Shown piece by piece: positions 48,263 through 62,194 of a DNA stretch of 64,000 nucleotides. Origin of the DNA: Isurus oxyrinchus (taxonomy: Eukaryota); NCBI GenBank assembly GCA_026770705.1, contig JANJGN010000151.1, forward strand, positions 434,001 to 498,000, in the 5' to 3' direction. Numbering within the stretch: the stretch's first letter is position 1; the number at the start of each line of letters is the position of its first letter. The notes under the pieces are model-generated. The model ran no database searches, was not told the DNA's origin, and worked only from the letters and a program-made list of their open reading frames with translations. The position numbers and the translations under genes are program-made.

Positions 48263-48342
48263 GGTTTTTGTATGAGGATGTCGCTGTGCACAGCACTGTG
48301 ACCCCCTGTAGTATCACAGTGAAATACACCCGCACAAAAACT
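48263..48342 (-). other. IGHD1: D1 segment (48301-48314, ATACTACAGGGGGT) with 12/22 RSS
   Basis: V-side CACAGTG-12-ACAAAAACT; J-side CACAGTG-22-ACAAAAACC. Confidence 0.95.
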
Positions 48343-48712
48343 GCACCCACTCTCTGTTCAGTGCTGCCTCTCAATATTCACTTCAAATATACATTTAATT
48401 CTGGTCTAGTTTAGCATTTATGCAGCAATTTACAAAACTCAATGAACAGTGATCCCCTCCAAGTGTCAGACATATTAAAATGAACATTATATCCAGGTCT
48501 GTAATTGCGGAAACTGTTAACAGTAAATATAAAAACAACCAAAAGCTCAGCCCATTATATCAATTGGTTTGTTAGGTTTTACTGTTAAATTTGCTGTTTT
48601 ACTTTTGTCAGAAGCGACTTGTTGTCGGGTTCTGATCATTACAGTTAATATTACATTTAAAACAAGTACTGACCGTCAGGTTACGATGGAAGATTTTGAG
48701 TTCCTCTCGATT

Positions 48713-48751
48713 TGTTCTTGTTCGGGTCCAGCCCAGGATCCTCTCGCTGTG
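48713..48751 (-). promoter_or_regulatory. VH 23-RSS
   Basis: CACAGCG - 23 bp - ACAAGAACA. Confidence 0.93.
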
Positions 48752-49056
48752 GTCTCTTGCACAGTAATAGATGGCGGTGTCTTCAGTCTTCAGGTTCGTC
48801 ATGTCCAAGGAGAAGATGTTCCTTGAAGTGTCTTTGGACGCAGTAAATCGATTCTTAATTGCTGGGGCGTAGTAGTTGCTGGATGAACTATAGTACCAAA
48901 GCAGCCACTCCAACCCTTGTCCGGGAACCTGTCGGACCCAGTACATGCTGTAGCTGCCAAGATCGAAGCCGCTGGTTTTACAGGTCAGTGTCAGGGAGCC
49001 TCCGGGACGCCCGGTGTCTGCCTCTGGCTGAGTCAACACAACATCCGACTGGACAC
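48752..49056 (-). CDS. IGHV: VH exon
   Basis: TTTACAG|[13 protein letters not shown]…TLTCKTSGF…[13 protein letters not shown]…[11 protein letters not shown]; both Cys and the conserved Trp intact. Confidence 0.98.
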
Positions 49057-49182
49057 CTGTAAAAATATATCAAAAACCCCGAGGATTAATCCTGGTGAAA
49101 TGATTCCTGACTCTCACATTCCAGAGAGAGACTAACACTGAGACAGTGACAGTGAGAGACGTGGACAATAAAAACTACTCAC

Positions 49183-49228
49183 GGGATAAGAAAGTCAGCA
49201 ACAAACTGAGAGAAATCGCCGACCTCAT
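49183..49228 (-). CDS. IGHV: VH leader exon
   Basis: MRSAISLSLLLTFLS + C|GTGAGT; in-frame upstream ATG at 49240. Confidence 0.95.
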
Positions 49229-49314
49229 CCTCCTGGTCATTTGGGGAAATGGTTCTGTCCGGAACTCAGTGAACAAACCAACTCCCGGACTGTTGGATTC
49301 CGGCCCCAGAGAGC

Positions 49315-49400
49315 GGCATTTAAATACCCGGCAGAAGGGGGCGGGATTCCAGGCGCCGCCTGTTGATTCTCTGGTGGAGGCGGCGACTGGATCCACGCCC
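49315..49400 (-). promoter_or_regulatory. VH promoter
   Basis: TATTTAAAT at 49318-49326, GC box at 49337-49345; no ATGCAAAT octamer seen. Confidence 0.7.
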
Positions 49401-51129
49401 CACCTTCCACATCCCCAACAGAATGGACTCAGATATTTACAATAGGTTATTGTTAAAAGTGGACATTTTATCTGTAACGGGATATTTGGCTGAATGGATT
49501 CATTGGAATGTATCCATTTGTTCTAATGGTGAAATTGCAGTTGAGCATCTATTAATAAAAATCTCATTCCATTGTAAAGTAAATCCATTTATTTCTACAG
49601 TACTTCCCAAGAGGTTGAACCTAAAAAATTAAATTACATTATCAGGGAATAAAGGTCAGTCTGTTTTGCAGCAACCCCGGGTCTATATCTCACTACAATA
49701 ATTAAGCGTCATCAGTCATAGGAATTATTATTGATTTATGTAACTAAATGCAGGGGATGAACAAAGTGATTCTATTTACAGCCAGGGGGGCTATCGCTGT
49801 ACAATTTGGGTCCGAAGATAAGAAGAATTTCCTCACATTATACAATGCCTGTCCTTGAATTTCTCGATCTGCCCCTGACCCGAAGACAGCCCTCTGAAAA
49901 TTAGCGATAAAAGAAGCCCGCCTGCCTGATAATTCAACAGTAAGGTTACAGAGAAACGTAAAATTTGATAAAGAAGTTAGTGAATCAGAACAAACACGGA
50001 GATCAGAAAAATTATCCTTCAGCATCCAAATCAGTGCAGCTAATTTTATTGACCTCCTACTATCTACCATTCACTGGTATTGGGAACACAGGATATCAAA
50101 GCTTTGCGGCATATTACACAATATCACAAGAATAAATGTTTTATCTTCCACTGAAGCGGGTCATGAACTGGTCATTTCTCCACTCATTGGCAGCTATGAG
50201 AGGGACTGTTAAATAATCGAAATCAGCACAAATTAAACTGTAAAGTTCACGGTGCTAATGAGGTATAAGAGATCCCTCTGGTTAAATGAGGTGCACAACT
50301 GGGAGAATACTCAAGGAATTCCTGCAGGTTCAAGACAATTCTATGATTTTCTTTCAATTTAATTTCTTTTAATTTTTTGTCATTCTACTCAGCTCATTAG
50401 ACTGGGGGATTGGGATCATCAACATCGCTCTCTCGCACTCCATGAAGTTCATAATCAACCGGCTTTAATAACTGGAATGCCCTTTCTTTTTTAGAAATAA
50501 TATAAACTAAGTAATATCTGATGAATTTAATATTTTCTGATCGAGTTCAATCTCACAGTGAACAGGGCAATCATTCAAATATTTCCTTAGATGAAATACC
50601 ATTTAAAAATGTGTCTTTCGTGTGGGAGAGAAACATTTCTTGTTTGAATGGCTAAATCCCATTTTGTTGATTCATACCCAGGCTAATCTGCCCCACGCAG
50701 TATTTGGCAGCAAGCCAGCCGCCTGCAGTCAGGGAGGCTCGAATGTCCGATGTTGTTTACAGGAAGCATCAGGGAGTTTGTGCAGTTAATGAAAGATCTG
50801 TTTCCTCAGTACTGACCGCTTGGCTGCAAGCCAACTTCAAACCGTTAATATTGTCAACATGGCCTATTCATAACAAATCTACCCAGCAACAACACTGGAG
50901 TCAGCTTTATTTATTAAATTTTGAATTTATGTGAACTGTTCCCATCTCTCAGGAAAGAAAAATTATCTAGCTTCTCTGACACCCTGTTAGCATTAATGGC
51001 TCATTGGAGGATCTCTCCAACACATCATAATATTGTGATGGATGAATGGATGGAAAGAATTACAGGCAGACTATCAGAAAGGACTCAGAGAGAGGATACA
51101 TTTTGTCACAGTCAAACATATACATTTGT

Positions 51130-51515
51130 GTGATTTTTTTTGCCCCTTTGCTCTTTCACAGGATGTGGGAGTCACTGGCAAGGCCAGCATTTGTTGCCTG
51201 TCCCTAATTGCCTTTGAACTGAGTGCCTTGCTCGGCCATTTCAGAGGGCAGTTAGAGTCCATCATGTTGCTGTGGATCTGGAGTCACATGTAGGCCAGAC
51301 TAGGTACAGTGGCAGATTTCCTTTCCTGAAGGACATTAGTGAATCAGATGAGTTTTTTTTCCACAATCGATGGTAGTTTCCCAGTTTCCTTCAATGGACC
51401 AGCTTTCAATCCCAGATTTATTATTGAATTTAAATTCCACGAGCTGCCATGGTGGGATTTGAATTCGTGTCTTTGTTACTTATCCAGTGACATTAATACA
51501 ACACAACCGTCTGCC
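51130..51515 (-). mobile_element. tRNA-derived shark SINE
   Basis: Reverse complement of the SINE at 11740/27970. Confidence 0.75.
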
Positions 51516-52294
51516 AAAGAATGGAGGGATGATTGCAGTGATGCAGGAATGAATGGTAATTGGATGTCTGGATATTTTGATTAAAGAATCAATGAATGGG
51601 TTGACCAATCTATCTATTGGCAAGCCTGAAAAACGCTGTTCTACCTTCCCATCTTGGTGCATGACTACTTTATATCTTGAAGCAGGTTCAGTATTTCATT
51701 TGTGTCAGTCTAATACATTCAGTCCCTCCAGACTGTCTGGATGTATTCCATTCCCAGGCTAACGAGCTAATGTCACAAGAGAAGGCTGGAGATGTCCCTG
51801 CAGTACCGATGATACTTCCCTGCTGAGGGTGAATCATCATCTTTCAGACAGAAAGCGGGTACATAATTCGGTTTAGGATGGAGGATTGTAATATTTGAAA
51901 TATGTGGTCCTTGCATGTACAACAAAACATTCAACACATCCTCACCCAAATTAGTGAAGGTAACAGACATTACTCACTGGAGAGCCGCATTAACTTACAG
52001 TCAGGTCCAGGTAGTTTTATTTATACCATCACTTTACAAACCCTCACACACTGCAGTTACATATCAGGAGTTTCTGTGTGATGATGAGGTGATTACTAGT
52101 CAATAAAGTGCAGAGGCTGCTGGGTAGCTGCTCATTACCCTCGGTCTGATTTAATTCCATTTCCCACTGAATTCTGGGGCAGATATGATCCCTTACTGAC
52201 AGAATGGTCAATGTGACCTCAGTCAACGTTAATGATATTAAATGAATCGCAATTACATTTTGTATGGAATAAAATGCTGAAAGTGATTGGTTCA

Positions 52295-52590
52295 TGCAAT
52301 TATTAATCTTTGTGAATGGATGATAATTTCTGAATATAATTATTTGTCCTGTGAATAGATTGTAATTGGTGAATATAATTATTTACCTTTGTGGGTTGAT
52401 GATAATTGGTGAATATAATTATTTATCTTTGTGAATTGATGATAGTTAGTGAATGTCATTATTTATCTTTGTGAATTGTTGTCAACTGATGAAAATACTT
52501 ATTTATCTTTGCAAATTGATGATAATTCTTGAATATAATTATTTACCTTCGTGAATTGTTAATGGTTGGTGTTGATAATTATTTATCTTT
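52295..52590. repeat. 40-bp AT-rich minisatellite, ~7 copies
   Basis: GAATATAATTATTTATCTTTGTGAATTGATGATAATTGGT. Confidence 0.9.
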
Positions 52591-52599
52591 CTCAGCCTC

Positions 52600-54145
52600 T
52601 ACGACCTTCTTCTCTGCTGAAAGATAAGATCCGTTGCACAGAAGGTGGATGATGCAAAAATCACCACACTATCTGAAAACAAAGCCAACAGGTGAGACTG
52701 CAACAACTACAGGGACATCTCACTCACAGAGTCACGGAGAAGGCCATTCCTCGGGTCATGCTTTAAAGACTTCATCTGGTTTCAGGCTGAAGCACAGTGT
52801 GATGTTTGTGTCAGAAGATATACTCTGGACATGATTCACTCCATACGCTCGACACCGTCAGCAGAGCACCACTCTAGAAGATTTTTGGGAAAACTGGCTG
52901 TTCACCAAAGCTCCCCAGTCTCATCCACTCCTTCCATGACAACATGCACTGCACTGTACAGATTGATGATTCCACTTCCGACAGATTCGGAGTGAAGAAT
53001 GGAGTGAAACAGGCCTTTGTCCAACCCCCACTTTTTTGGGCACCTTTTTCATACAGCTGATCTTTGTCTTCCCTCTCGATATGGAAGGAGTCGACTTACA
53101 CACTTGATCAGACCGCAAGCTCCACAATCTATAAGACAGAAAGCGAAGATATAAACACATTGAATCCTGATCAGAGAATTCCTCCACGCTGATAACTCTG
53201 TCATCAAAATGGAAACTTATCCACAAAGACTGATGAACTGACTGTCCTATGCCTGTAACTTGTTCTCCCTGACTTTAAGCATGGAGAAAACCGTGGACAT
53301 GGGAAAAGGTGTTGCATTTCTGTCATTGATCACACTAAATAACAAACGGATGGAAGTAAATTCCACTCGCTGGGTTCCAAGGTGACAGGCAGCCTGTTCC
53401 TTGATGGAGAACTTATTACCCACATGGGGAAAGCAGCTGCCACCTTTGCCTGACTCATGAAACGCCCATGGAATAATATCAAACTGACCCTTAGGGCCAA
53501 GCTGATGGTTTATAAGGCCTGTGTTCTCAGCACCTTGTTGAATGGCTGTGAAACATGGGTGACTTACAGTTGTCAAGTAAAGAAGCTCCACAATTTCCAT
53601 CTTCAATACCTGCTGCACATTATGGTTATGTACTGGCAGGATAAAGGCACGAATGCAGTGATACTCTCAAAGGCAGAGCTCCCAAGGCTAAAGAACTCAT
53701 CAAACAGAAGCGATTTTTGTGGCTTGGGAACGTTCACAGGATGGAAGATGGTCACATACACAAGGACTTTCTGTTTGGTGAGGGAGCTGGAGGCAGGCAA
53801 CCAGTGGGACGCCCAAAACTCCACTTCAAGGCTGCTTGAAGTGAAGGCCCTAAACATTGATTATCGTAACTGAGTGTAACTAACTGACAACTGAGGAAAA
53901 TGGCGACACCGCCTGTGGGTTGGCGTGAATCACCACCATGACCAGCGGCTAAAGCGGCTTGGAAATCGAGGTCAACACCGGGAAAAACAACAAGCCACAA
54001 CGACGCTTTGTAGCTTCATGTGCAGCACTTGTGGCAGAGCCTGCTCACAACAATTGGCCTCCTTAGCAATCAGCACATCTGAAATGGGTTTGTTTCCATT
54101 GTGTGTCTGTGACCTTTCATAGATGGAAGGCTGTCCAGGATCATC
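52600..54145 (+). mobile_element. RTE-clade LINE, degenerate 3' portion
   Basis: GVKQ…PTF motif; KLMVYKACVLSTLLNGCETW; terminal CSTCGRAC zinc-knuckle remnant. Confidence 0.85.
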
Positions 54146-54989
54146 GTGAAATTCAGTTGCAAACAATGTGATGTGCTTCTCGCTCTTTCTCTCCCTCCCA
54201 ATCTCCCTCACACACACAGACCAACTTAAGATGCCACCTTGACTTCCTGAGAGGCTCCATAGGCCTTAACTATTGAAGAAAATGACCCTAACTGTCTATC
54301 AGGTGGTATCATGAACGAATAAACTCTCCCTAACACTATGTTTGTTGAGGTGGATATTAAAGCTCCCGCAGTCTCTATACAGCTCCTTGGTCAACATCCC
54401 TCCCTTTAATCAAGGTGAACAAAGTTACATCCCCAGGAATTGGGCCGCTTTACTCTGGTGCTGACTTTAACGTGCGCTAATCAACCACGTTCATCTGCAA
54501 TTAATTGAATTTTGTTAAATTTTGACACCTCCTGCAGAAGGCGATGTGATACTACATCTGGGGAAGCGGATTCTTGATACAATAATGTCAAAGATCTAAC
54601 CTGACAGCGACATTTTCACAGTAGCTGCAATTACAAAGTCTGGCCAGCAGATGGATGTGAAATCTTGACTGATACATTCCATGAAACAAGCATTGTCTCA
54701 GTTAGTACTGCACTGGACCCTGTCTCTGTCTTTTAAAATTGGACTCCAACTATTTTTATGTTAGACCAAACACTGTCTCTCTTTATATTTCAATGTACCC
54801 TGTTTCAATTAATACTGCACCAGTCAATACCAATATTTATATCACACAGTCTGGAAGTTCCCAATTCAAACCGATTGGATTTACCTCTGCAGTCCTGTCA
54901 CATCCAGTCGTAAATGGTGGTGGACAAGTAAACAAGTAACTGCAGAATGGGGCTCCACAAAGCTGTGGGTCTGGAGTTAGATGTATGGG

Positions 54990-55470
54990 AGGTGGTGATG
55001 TGCTGGCATTCTCACTGGGCTAGTAAATCGCTGGGGGTCTGCGTTTGAATCCCACCACGCCAGATGGTGAAATTTGAATCGAAAAATCTAATGATGATCA
55101 TGAAACCATTGTCATAAAAACTCATCCTAACAAACCACACTGTTCTCAAGGTGGTAATTAAGGATGGGCAATAAATGCTGGCCTAGTCAGCGCCGCCCCC
55201 ATTCTCATGAACGAACAAAAAAATATGTAGTCCAGACTGGGTAAGGACGGCAGATTTCCTTCCCTAAAGGGCATCAGTGAACCAGGTGGATGTTTAATAT
55301 AATTGATTATGGTTTCATGGTCACCATTGTTGAGACGAGCTTTCAATTCCAGATTTATTAATTGAATTTGGATTGCACTTGCTGCCATAACGGGATTCAA
55401 ACCCCTATTCCCAGGGAAAAAACCTGGATCTCTGGGTTACTGATCCAGTGAAGTTCCCACTGCACGATCA
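54990..55470. mobile_element. Two shark SINE copies, tail to tail
   Basis: Plus copy 54990-55222, minus copy 55228-55470. Confidence 0.65.
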
Positions 55471-55730
55471 TCCCTCCCATATTATACAGGATCCTAGTTT
55501 GATTATTAATTCCCTGGGAACTACTTTATTTCTATTGTGCTGGATCAGGCCTCTGTGTGTATTAAAATAGATCCTATTTCATTAATGTTCCACTGGAATC
55601 CATCTCAGTTTGTATTGCACTGGATTCTTTCTCTGTTTATATTACACTAGGCCCTGTCTCTGTTTATGTTATATTAAATCTTGACTATGTCTACATTATA
55701 GTGGTCATTGTAACTATGGCACTAGGCTAT

Positions 55731-55870
55731 GTTTTTGAAGAAGGGTCATATGGACTCGAAACATTAACTCTGTTTCTCTCTCCACAGATGCTGTCCAACC
55801 TGCTGAGTTTGTCCAGCATTTTCTGTCTTAATTTCAGATTTCCAGCATTTGCAGGATTTTGCTTTTATCT
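55731..55870 (+). mobile_element. Penelope terminal-repeat fragment with degenerate hammerhead motif
   Basis: TTGAAGAAGGGTC…GACTCGAAAC…CACAGATGCTG…CCTGCTGAGTTT. Confidence 0.65.
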
Positions 55871-56039
55871 ATGTCTCTGTTTAAATTAGAGCTACATGAC
55901 TCCATGTTTCTGTGAGATGGAGAGATAATATTATAATAAAGACATTAGGCTAGAAATCGGTATCTGACAGGATGGTATTGGATCAACCGTATATGCTACA
56001 CAGCACTTGATATTCATTTTCAGTGCAGTCAGCAGAATT

Positions 56040-58560
56040 AGATTTCAGATATCTCTTGTTTTCCGGCGCCAAAGGCCAAGTTCCCACTTTTGGAGTGGTA
56101 TGTGTAGGAGGATGCAGGGTATTTTGTTCCCATGTGCTTGTTGCCCTTGTTATTCTGGGAGGTGGAAGTCACAGGTATGGAAGGTGTTGTTGAAGAGGCC
56201 TTGGCGAGTTGCTGCAGTGCATCTTGTGGATAACACACACTGCAGCCACTGTGTATCGGTGGTGAAGGAAATGAATGTTTAATTCCTGGATGAGGAGCCT
56301 ATCAAGGGGTTGATTTCCCCTGGTTGGTGTGGAGGTTCTTGAGTGTTGCTGCAGTTACATTTGTCAAGGAAAGTAAACAATTTCCAACAGGCATCTGACT
56401 TGCAGATTTGCAGATGGTGGAAAGGCTTCAGGGAATCCGGAGGTGAGTCATTCGCCACAGCATTCCCAGCCTCTGACCTACTCTTGTACCCACAGTATTT
56501 ATATGGCTGGTCCAGTTCAGTTTCTGTTCAATGGCACCTGCACAACGTTGATGGTAGGTTTCAGCGACGGTTATGTCTTTTGAACGTCAAGGGGAGATGT
56601 TTGGTTTCTCTATTGTTGGAGTTGGTCATTGCCTGGCACTTGAGTGCCGCTTATATCACTTGCAACTTATCAGCTCAAACTTGTCCAGTTCGAGATGAAA
56701 TAAGTAAGGACGGTTTCATTATCTGATAGGTCATAAATGGAACTGAACACTGTGCAAATATGAGCGAACATCCCCACTCCTGACCCAGTGATGAAAGGAA
56801 GGTCATTGATTAAGCTGCTGAAGATGGTTGGACCAAGGACATTTCTCTGAGGGTCTCCTGGAATGATGTCCTGGTGCTGAGATGATTGGTCTCCAACAAC
56901 ACAACATCTTCTTATGTGCTAGGTGTGACTCCAGCCAGTGGAAAGACTTGCCCCTGATTCCCGTTGGCCTGACACTTTCCAAGGCTTCCTGATGCCACAT
57001 TCAGTCAATAGCTACTTTGACATCAAATACTGAAGCACTCATTCATCTTGTCTGGAAGTCCGCTCTCTTGTCCATGTTCAGACCAAGTTTGCAATGAGCT
57101 TTGATGCTGGCTGATCCTAGTGGATCCAGTCTGAGCTTTGGCGAGCATGTCAGCGACACCTTCAGTCACTTTACTGATGATTGAGAGTAGACTGACTGAG
57201 CTGCAAGGAGATAGACCTGATCTGTTGTCCATTATGTACAATGTTCTAGCTTCACGCTATCGTTCATCATTTTTGGGTATGCCTGGCTTTGCTTCTGACC
57301 TGCTGGCTTACATTCCTCATTGTTCCCAGGCTGGATTTTAGACTCATAGACGTTTACAGCACAGATGGAGGCCATTCAGCCCATCATTTCCCGTCCCAGT
57401 AAACAAAGATCTGAGTACACTAATCCCATTTTCCCGCACTTGGCTCATAGCCCTGGAGGCTATGGCAGCTTAAGTGAACATTTTAATCCATCTTAAATGT
57501 TGCTAGAGTTTCTGACTCAACAACCTTTTCAGGCAGTGAGTTCCAAATTCCTACCACCCTCTGGGTGAAAAAGATTCTCCTCAACTCACCTCTTAGCCTT
57601 CTACCTCGTATCTAAAATCTCTGCTCTCTGGTTTCTGACCCCTCTACCAATGGAAAAGGTGCCTTACTATCCACCCTATCTATGCCCCTCAGCACCCCCT
57701 CAACTATCATTGCTCCAAGGAAAACAGCCCCAGCCTATCCAATCTTTCCTCATAGCTCAGACCCTCCAGCCCAATAAGCATCCTGGTAAATCTCCTCTGC
57801 ACTCTTTCCAGTGCAGTCATATACTTCCTACAAATATGGTGACCAGAACTTCACGCAGTGCTCCAGTTGAGGCCTAACCAACGTTTGATACAGTTCCAGC
57901 ATAACCTCCCTGCTCTTGTGTTTTATGCCTCAACTAATAAAGGCAAGTAACCCATATGCCTTCTTAACCACCTCATCTACATGCCCTGCTACCTTCAGGA
58001 ATCTGTAGATAGGCACACGAAGGTTTGAGTGAGGGATATTCTGGTCCATGAGATTACAGGGTGTGATTGAATGCAACTCTCCTGCTGTTAATGACCAACA
58101 GTATCTCGTTGATGCTAAATTTTGAGCTGCTAGATCTGTTCTGAATGTATCCCGTTTAGCACAGCGGCAGTGCTGCACAACACAATGGAGAATGTGCTCA
58201 GTGTGAATACCGGCCTTGGTTTCCACAAGGACAGTGCAGGGGTCAATCACATCGATGTCAATAGTGTGATGGGCAGAGATCAGGTACGGGTTTCCCTCGT
58301 GTTGGCTCTCTAACCATCTGTGGCAGGTCCATTCTGGCTGATACGTCATTCAGGACTCATCCAGCTCCGGCATTTGTGGTCTTGTCACATGGTAATTGAT
58401 TTTGCAAATTCTCAGCACATTCATTGCCCTTGCTACCCTCAGTGTTTCTTGCATGCAGTGCTAAAGATGAAGGAGTACAGATTCATCAGCTGAGGGAAGG
58501 CAATAGGTGGTAATCACCAGGAGGTATCTCCACCCATATCTTATCTGGTTCTGTGGGACT
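56040..58560 (-). mobile_element. Degenerate LINE with nested CR1 3' fragment (57340-58020)
   Basis: GIRGKSFHWLESHL and VSLLSIISKVTEG RT motifs; the nested copy has VKKAYGLLAFIS and a HER1-type tail. Confidence 0.75.
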
Positions 58561-59940
58561 TCAATATGGTGTCAATATTGCTGCTCTCCACATTGTCTCT
58601 GTTCATATTACACTCAGCCTGTCTCATTGTTATTGCTGTAGTCCATGTTTCTGTTTCTGTTTCTGTAATACGAGACCCTGTCTCAGTATTGCTGCTCTCC
58701 ACCATGCCTCTGTTCAAACTACACTGGGCCTGTCTCACTGTTACTGCTGTAGTCCATGTTTCTGGTTCTGTAACACTGGACTCTGTCTCAGTTATTGCTG
58801 CTCTCCATTGTTCATATTTTACTGGGCCTGTCTCATTGTTACTGTCCTAGTCCATGTTTCTGTTTCTGTAACATTAGATCCTGTCTCAGTTATTTATCTA
58901 ATTGTCCTCTGTTTATATTACATTAGTATATTCCCTTACTTTATTTCATAAGACCCTGGAAATAGGAGTTAAATGGTTGAATTTAAACAGCTGCAAGATA
59001 GGAGAGGTCTGCAGATCATGAACACAAATCTGGGATGTAGTGAGGACAAGTCAAATCATCTAAATAGGCACCCATGTTAATTATTCCCACCATCTTGCTG
59101 CCTTATCTTTACTATTTCCACCCCAGCCAATTTCCACATTATTGCGCTTGTGCAGTGCAGTAATAACTGAGGCAGGGTCTATTGTAATTTAAATACAGAT
59201 ATGATCCAGCACATAACTGAAACAGCGTCTACTGAAATACAGAGACAGTTCTAGATTAATATGTACAGAGACAGGTCAATTATAATATAAACAGAGACAG
59301 GGCCTTGTGTATTTGAAGCAAAGACAGGGTCTAGAGTAATATAAACAGAAACAGGATTCAGTATAATATAGAGACAGGGTCTAGTGTATTATAAACATAC
59401 AGGACCCAGTTAATATAAACAGGGGCAAGGCCTAGTGCAATATAAACAGAGACCGGATCTAATGTAATATAAACAGAGACAGTGTCTAGTGCAAAATAAA
59501 CAGAGACATGTTGAGTCTAATAATAACAGAGAAATGCCAAGTGTAATATAAACAGCGACATATCAAGTGCAATACAAACAGGGGCAGGGCCTAGTATAAT
59601 ATAAACAGAGACAAGGCCTAATGTAATGTAAACCGAGACAGGGATCAGTGTAACATAAACAGAAACAGGGTCTAGTGTAATATAAACAGGGGCAGGGCCG
59701 AGTGCAATATAAACAGAGACAGTGTCTCATGCAATATAAACAGAGACATGTTGAATATAATACAAATTGACATGTTGATTGTCATATAAACAGGGACAGG
59801 GCCTAGTGCAATATAAAGAGAGCCATGTCGAGTGCAATAGAAACAGGGACAGGGCCTAGTGTAATACAAAGAGAGGCAGGGTCGACTGTAAAAAAAACAG
59901 AGACTGGGTCTGGTCGAATGCAATATTGAGACAGGGTCCA
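58560..59940. repeat. 27-28-bp satellite, blocks in both orientations
   Basis: (CTAGTGTAATATAAACAGAGACAGGGT)n at 59160-59940; reverse orientation at 58560-58930. Confidence 0.85.
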
Positions 59941-60950
59941 CTGTCCCATCAAACACTCCCAGGACAGGTGCAGCATGGGGCTAGGCACAGAATTTAAAGC
60001 TACCTCTACATTGTCACATTGAACACTCCCAGGGAAGATACAGCACGGGTTAGAGAGTGGAAAACTCCCTCGACCCTGTCAACATGAAACACTCTCAGGG
60101 CAGATATAGCATGGGTTAGATACGGTTAGACATGGTCTAGTGTAATTCAGAGACAAGGCCCACGGCTCTATAAAACAGCCCCAGGGCAGGTGTAGCATGG
60201 GGCTACATTAATAATGTAAAGTTCCCTCTACATTGCCACATGAAATTCTCCCAATGCAGGTATAGCACGGGTTAGATTCAGAGTGAATCTCCCTCGACAC
60301 TGTCACCATCAAACATTTCCAGGACAGGTGCAGCACAGTTCAGAAACAGGGTAAAACTTCCTCTACATTGTCCGCTCAAACACAGTTGAGGCATGTAGGG
60401 TAAGGGTTCTATGCAGTGTAAAGTTTCCTCTGCACTCTTCATCAGACATTTCCCAGGCAGCTCGACACTGGGAACAGGTAAAGAGGAAAGCTGCCTTTGC
60501 ACCATCACATCAGATATTTCCAGGGCTTAGATAGGGGCAAATCCCCTTTTATAGTATCTACAGCCATGTCAAATATAACATGGTTAAATGCAGAGTAAAG
60601 CTCCCTCTAAATGGCCCTATCAATTACTCCCAGGCCAGGTAGAGCACAGTTTAGATACAGAGTAAATCTCCCTCTACACAGTCATATCAAACACTCCCAG
60701 GGCAGTCACAGTACAGGTTAGGTGCAAAGTAAAGCTCCCTCTGCACTCCATCAGACATTCCAAAGGCAGGAACAGCACGGGTTAGATACAGGGAAAGTTT
60801 CTTCGGCAGGGCCACATCAAATCTACGCTACTGGCTGCAACACAGGTTAGATACAGAGTAAAGTTTCATCTGCAGTTACCCACCAAGCACTCTCAAGTCA
60901 GTGAATGCTCAAAACAGATTTAGAATAAAGTTCCCTCTATGGATTATAAT
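59940..60950. repeat. ~67-bp tandem repeat
   Basis: CTCCCTCTACACTGTCCCATCAAACACTCCCAGGACAGGTACAGCACGGGTTAGATACAGAGTAAAG-like units; dispersed fragments near 28400, 32560, 43400, 44150. Confidence 0.85.
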
Positions 60951-62194
60951 CCATTTCATTAGATCAATTCATTTTGAAGTGTATGAACCGGGCTGAGAGA
61001 ATATATTGGCTAGATATTGACTTCATGTTGTGGAGTAAAGACAGTGACCCATGGTGGAGAGACAAGACAAATAACCAGAGAGGACAAAGAGACAGAGAGA
61101 GAGAGAGGATACAGGACATCCTTACAAACACATTTGCCATGACATTATATTTCGTGATAAGTGGGAATCTTACTTAATTCTGAATATAGATATCATTGTG
61201 ACATAATTCTCATATAACTGATTTTAAAAATGCTCAAAAAACAATTGCTACTGAAAGCGGTTGATGTATTTGCATGTTTGACTCTATTTCTGTGCTGTGT
61301 TGATGGAGAAATATTTGCAGTGCTTTTGTGTCTCCAGAATCTAATCTGGGACTTCTATTTCTGTGTTTATTTACATAAACGCCTGACTGATTTCAATGAA
61401 GTGTTCATGGCAGCAAAACCAGATAAACACAGACACTTATTGATTGGTTTCGTTCAAAACAAGGGTTTATTTTAAGAATATTGACAGTTGGCACAAAATT
61501 AATAGAAACATTTTCAACATCCACTAGAACAGATGTTATTTATTTCAAATAATTAAAAATACATTTAAATTAATAATTCAATTCTGAAAGTTCTACTGTC
61601 ACAATCAATGATGAATATTTGAACAGGCTGGGATTACACTCAATGTCAATTTGTTGGAAGATTTAACCAATTAAAAATGGACAATTTAAAATAGCAGCCA
61701 GAGGAGCGACCTATAATCATATTAATCTCAGTGTTTTCAACATATCACAACTAACATTTTAAAATGTTAACATTTAGGAAGAATTTACATTTATAGAACG
61801 CTGCTTACGACCCCATGAAATCCTAAAGCCCTTGAAATTCGCTGATGTACATTTGTTGAAGTTTAGTCACTGCTGTAACATTGGCTATCCATCCGGTGAT
61901 TTGTGCACAGCAAGCTCCCACGAATAGAGCTGCGAAAAATGATGAGATAATATGTGATTTTAGTTGAAGAATGAATATTGGACTAGCATAGTGGGGAGAA
62001 CATTCCTGCTCTATAGATTGGTACCAAGGGAGATTTTGCACCTGTCATTGGCCTGAACGTTTGACCTGTTTCTGTCTCTATTGATGCCCACTGACCTGCT
62101 GAGTGGTTATTTTTTGCCCTGCTTCAGATTTCCCAAATCCGCAGTGTTTTGTAGTGTTTTAATTCATTCTTGGGATATGGGCGTCAATGATGAA

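Noticed and set aside
48282-48294. Cryptic heptamer and palindrome inside the D1 22-bp spacer
   Set aside because: It would give a 10-bp spacer to the nonamer, outside the 12+/-1 rule.
50554-50600. Additional RSS or V segment upstream
   Set aside because: Isolated CACAGTG with no nonamer at 12 or 23 bp and no V frame (same at ~52792).
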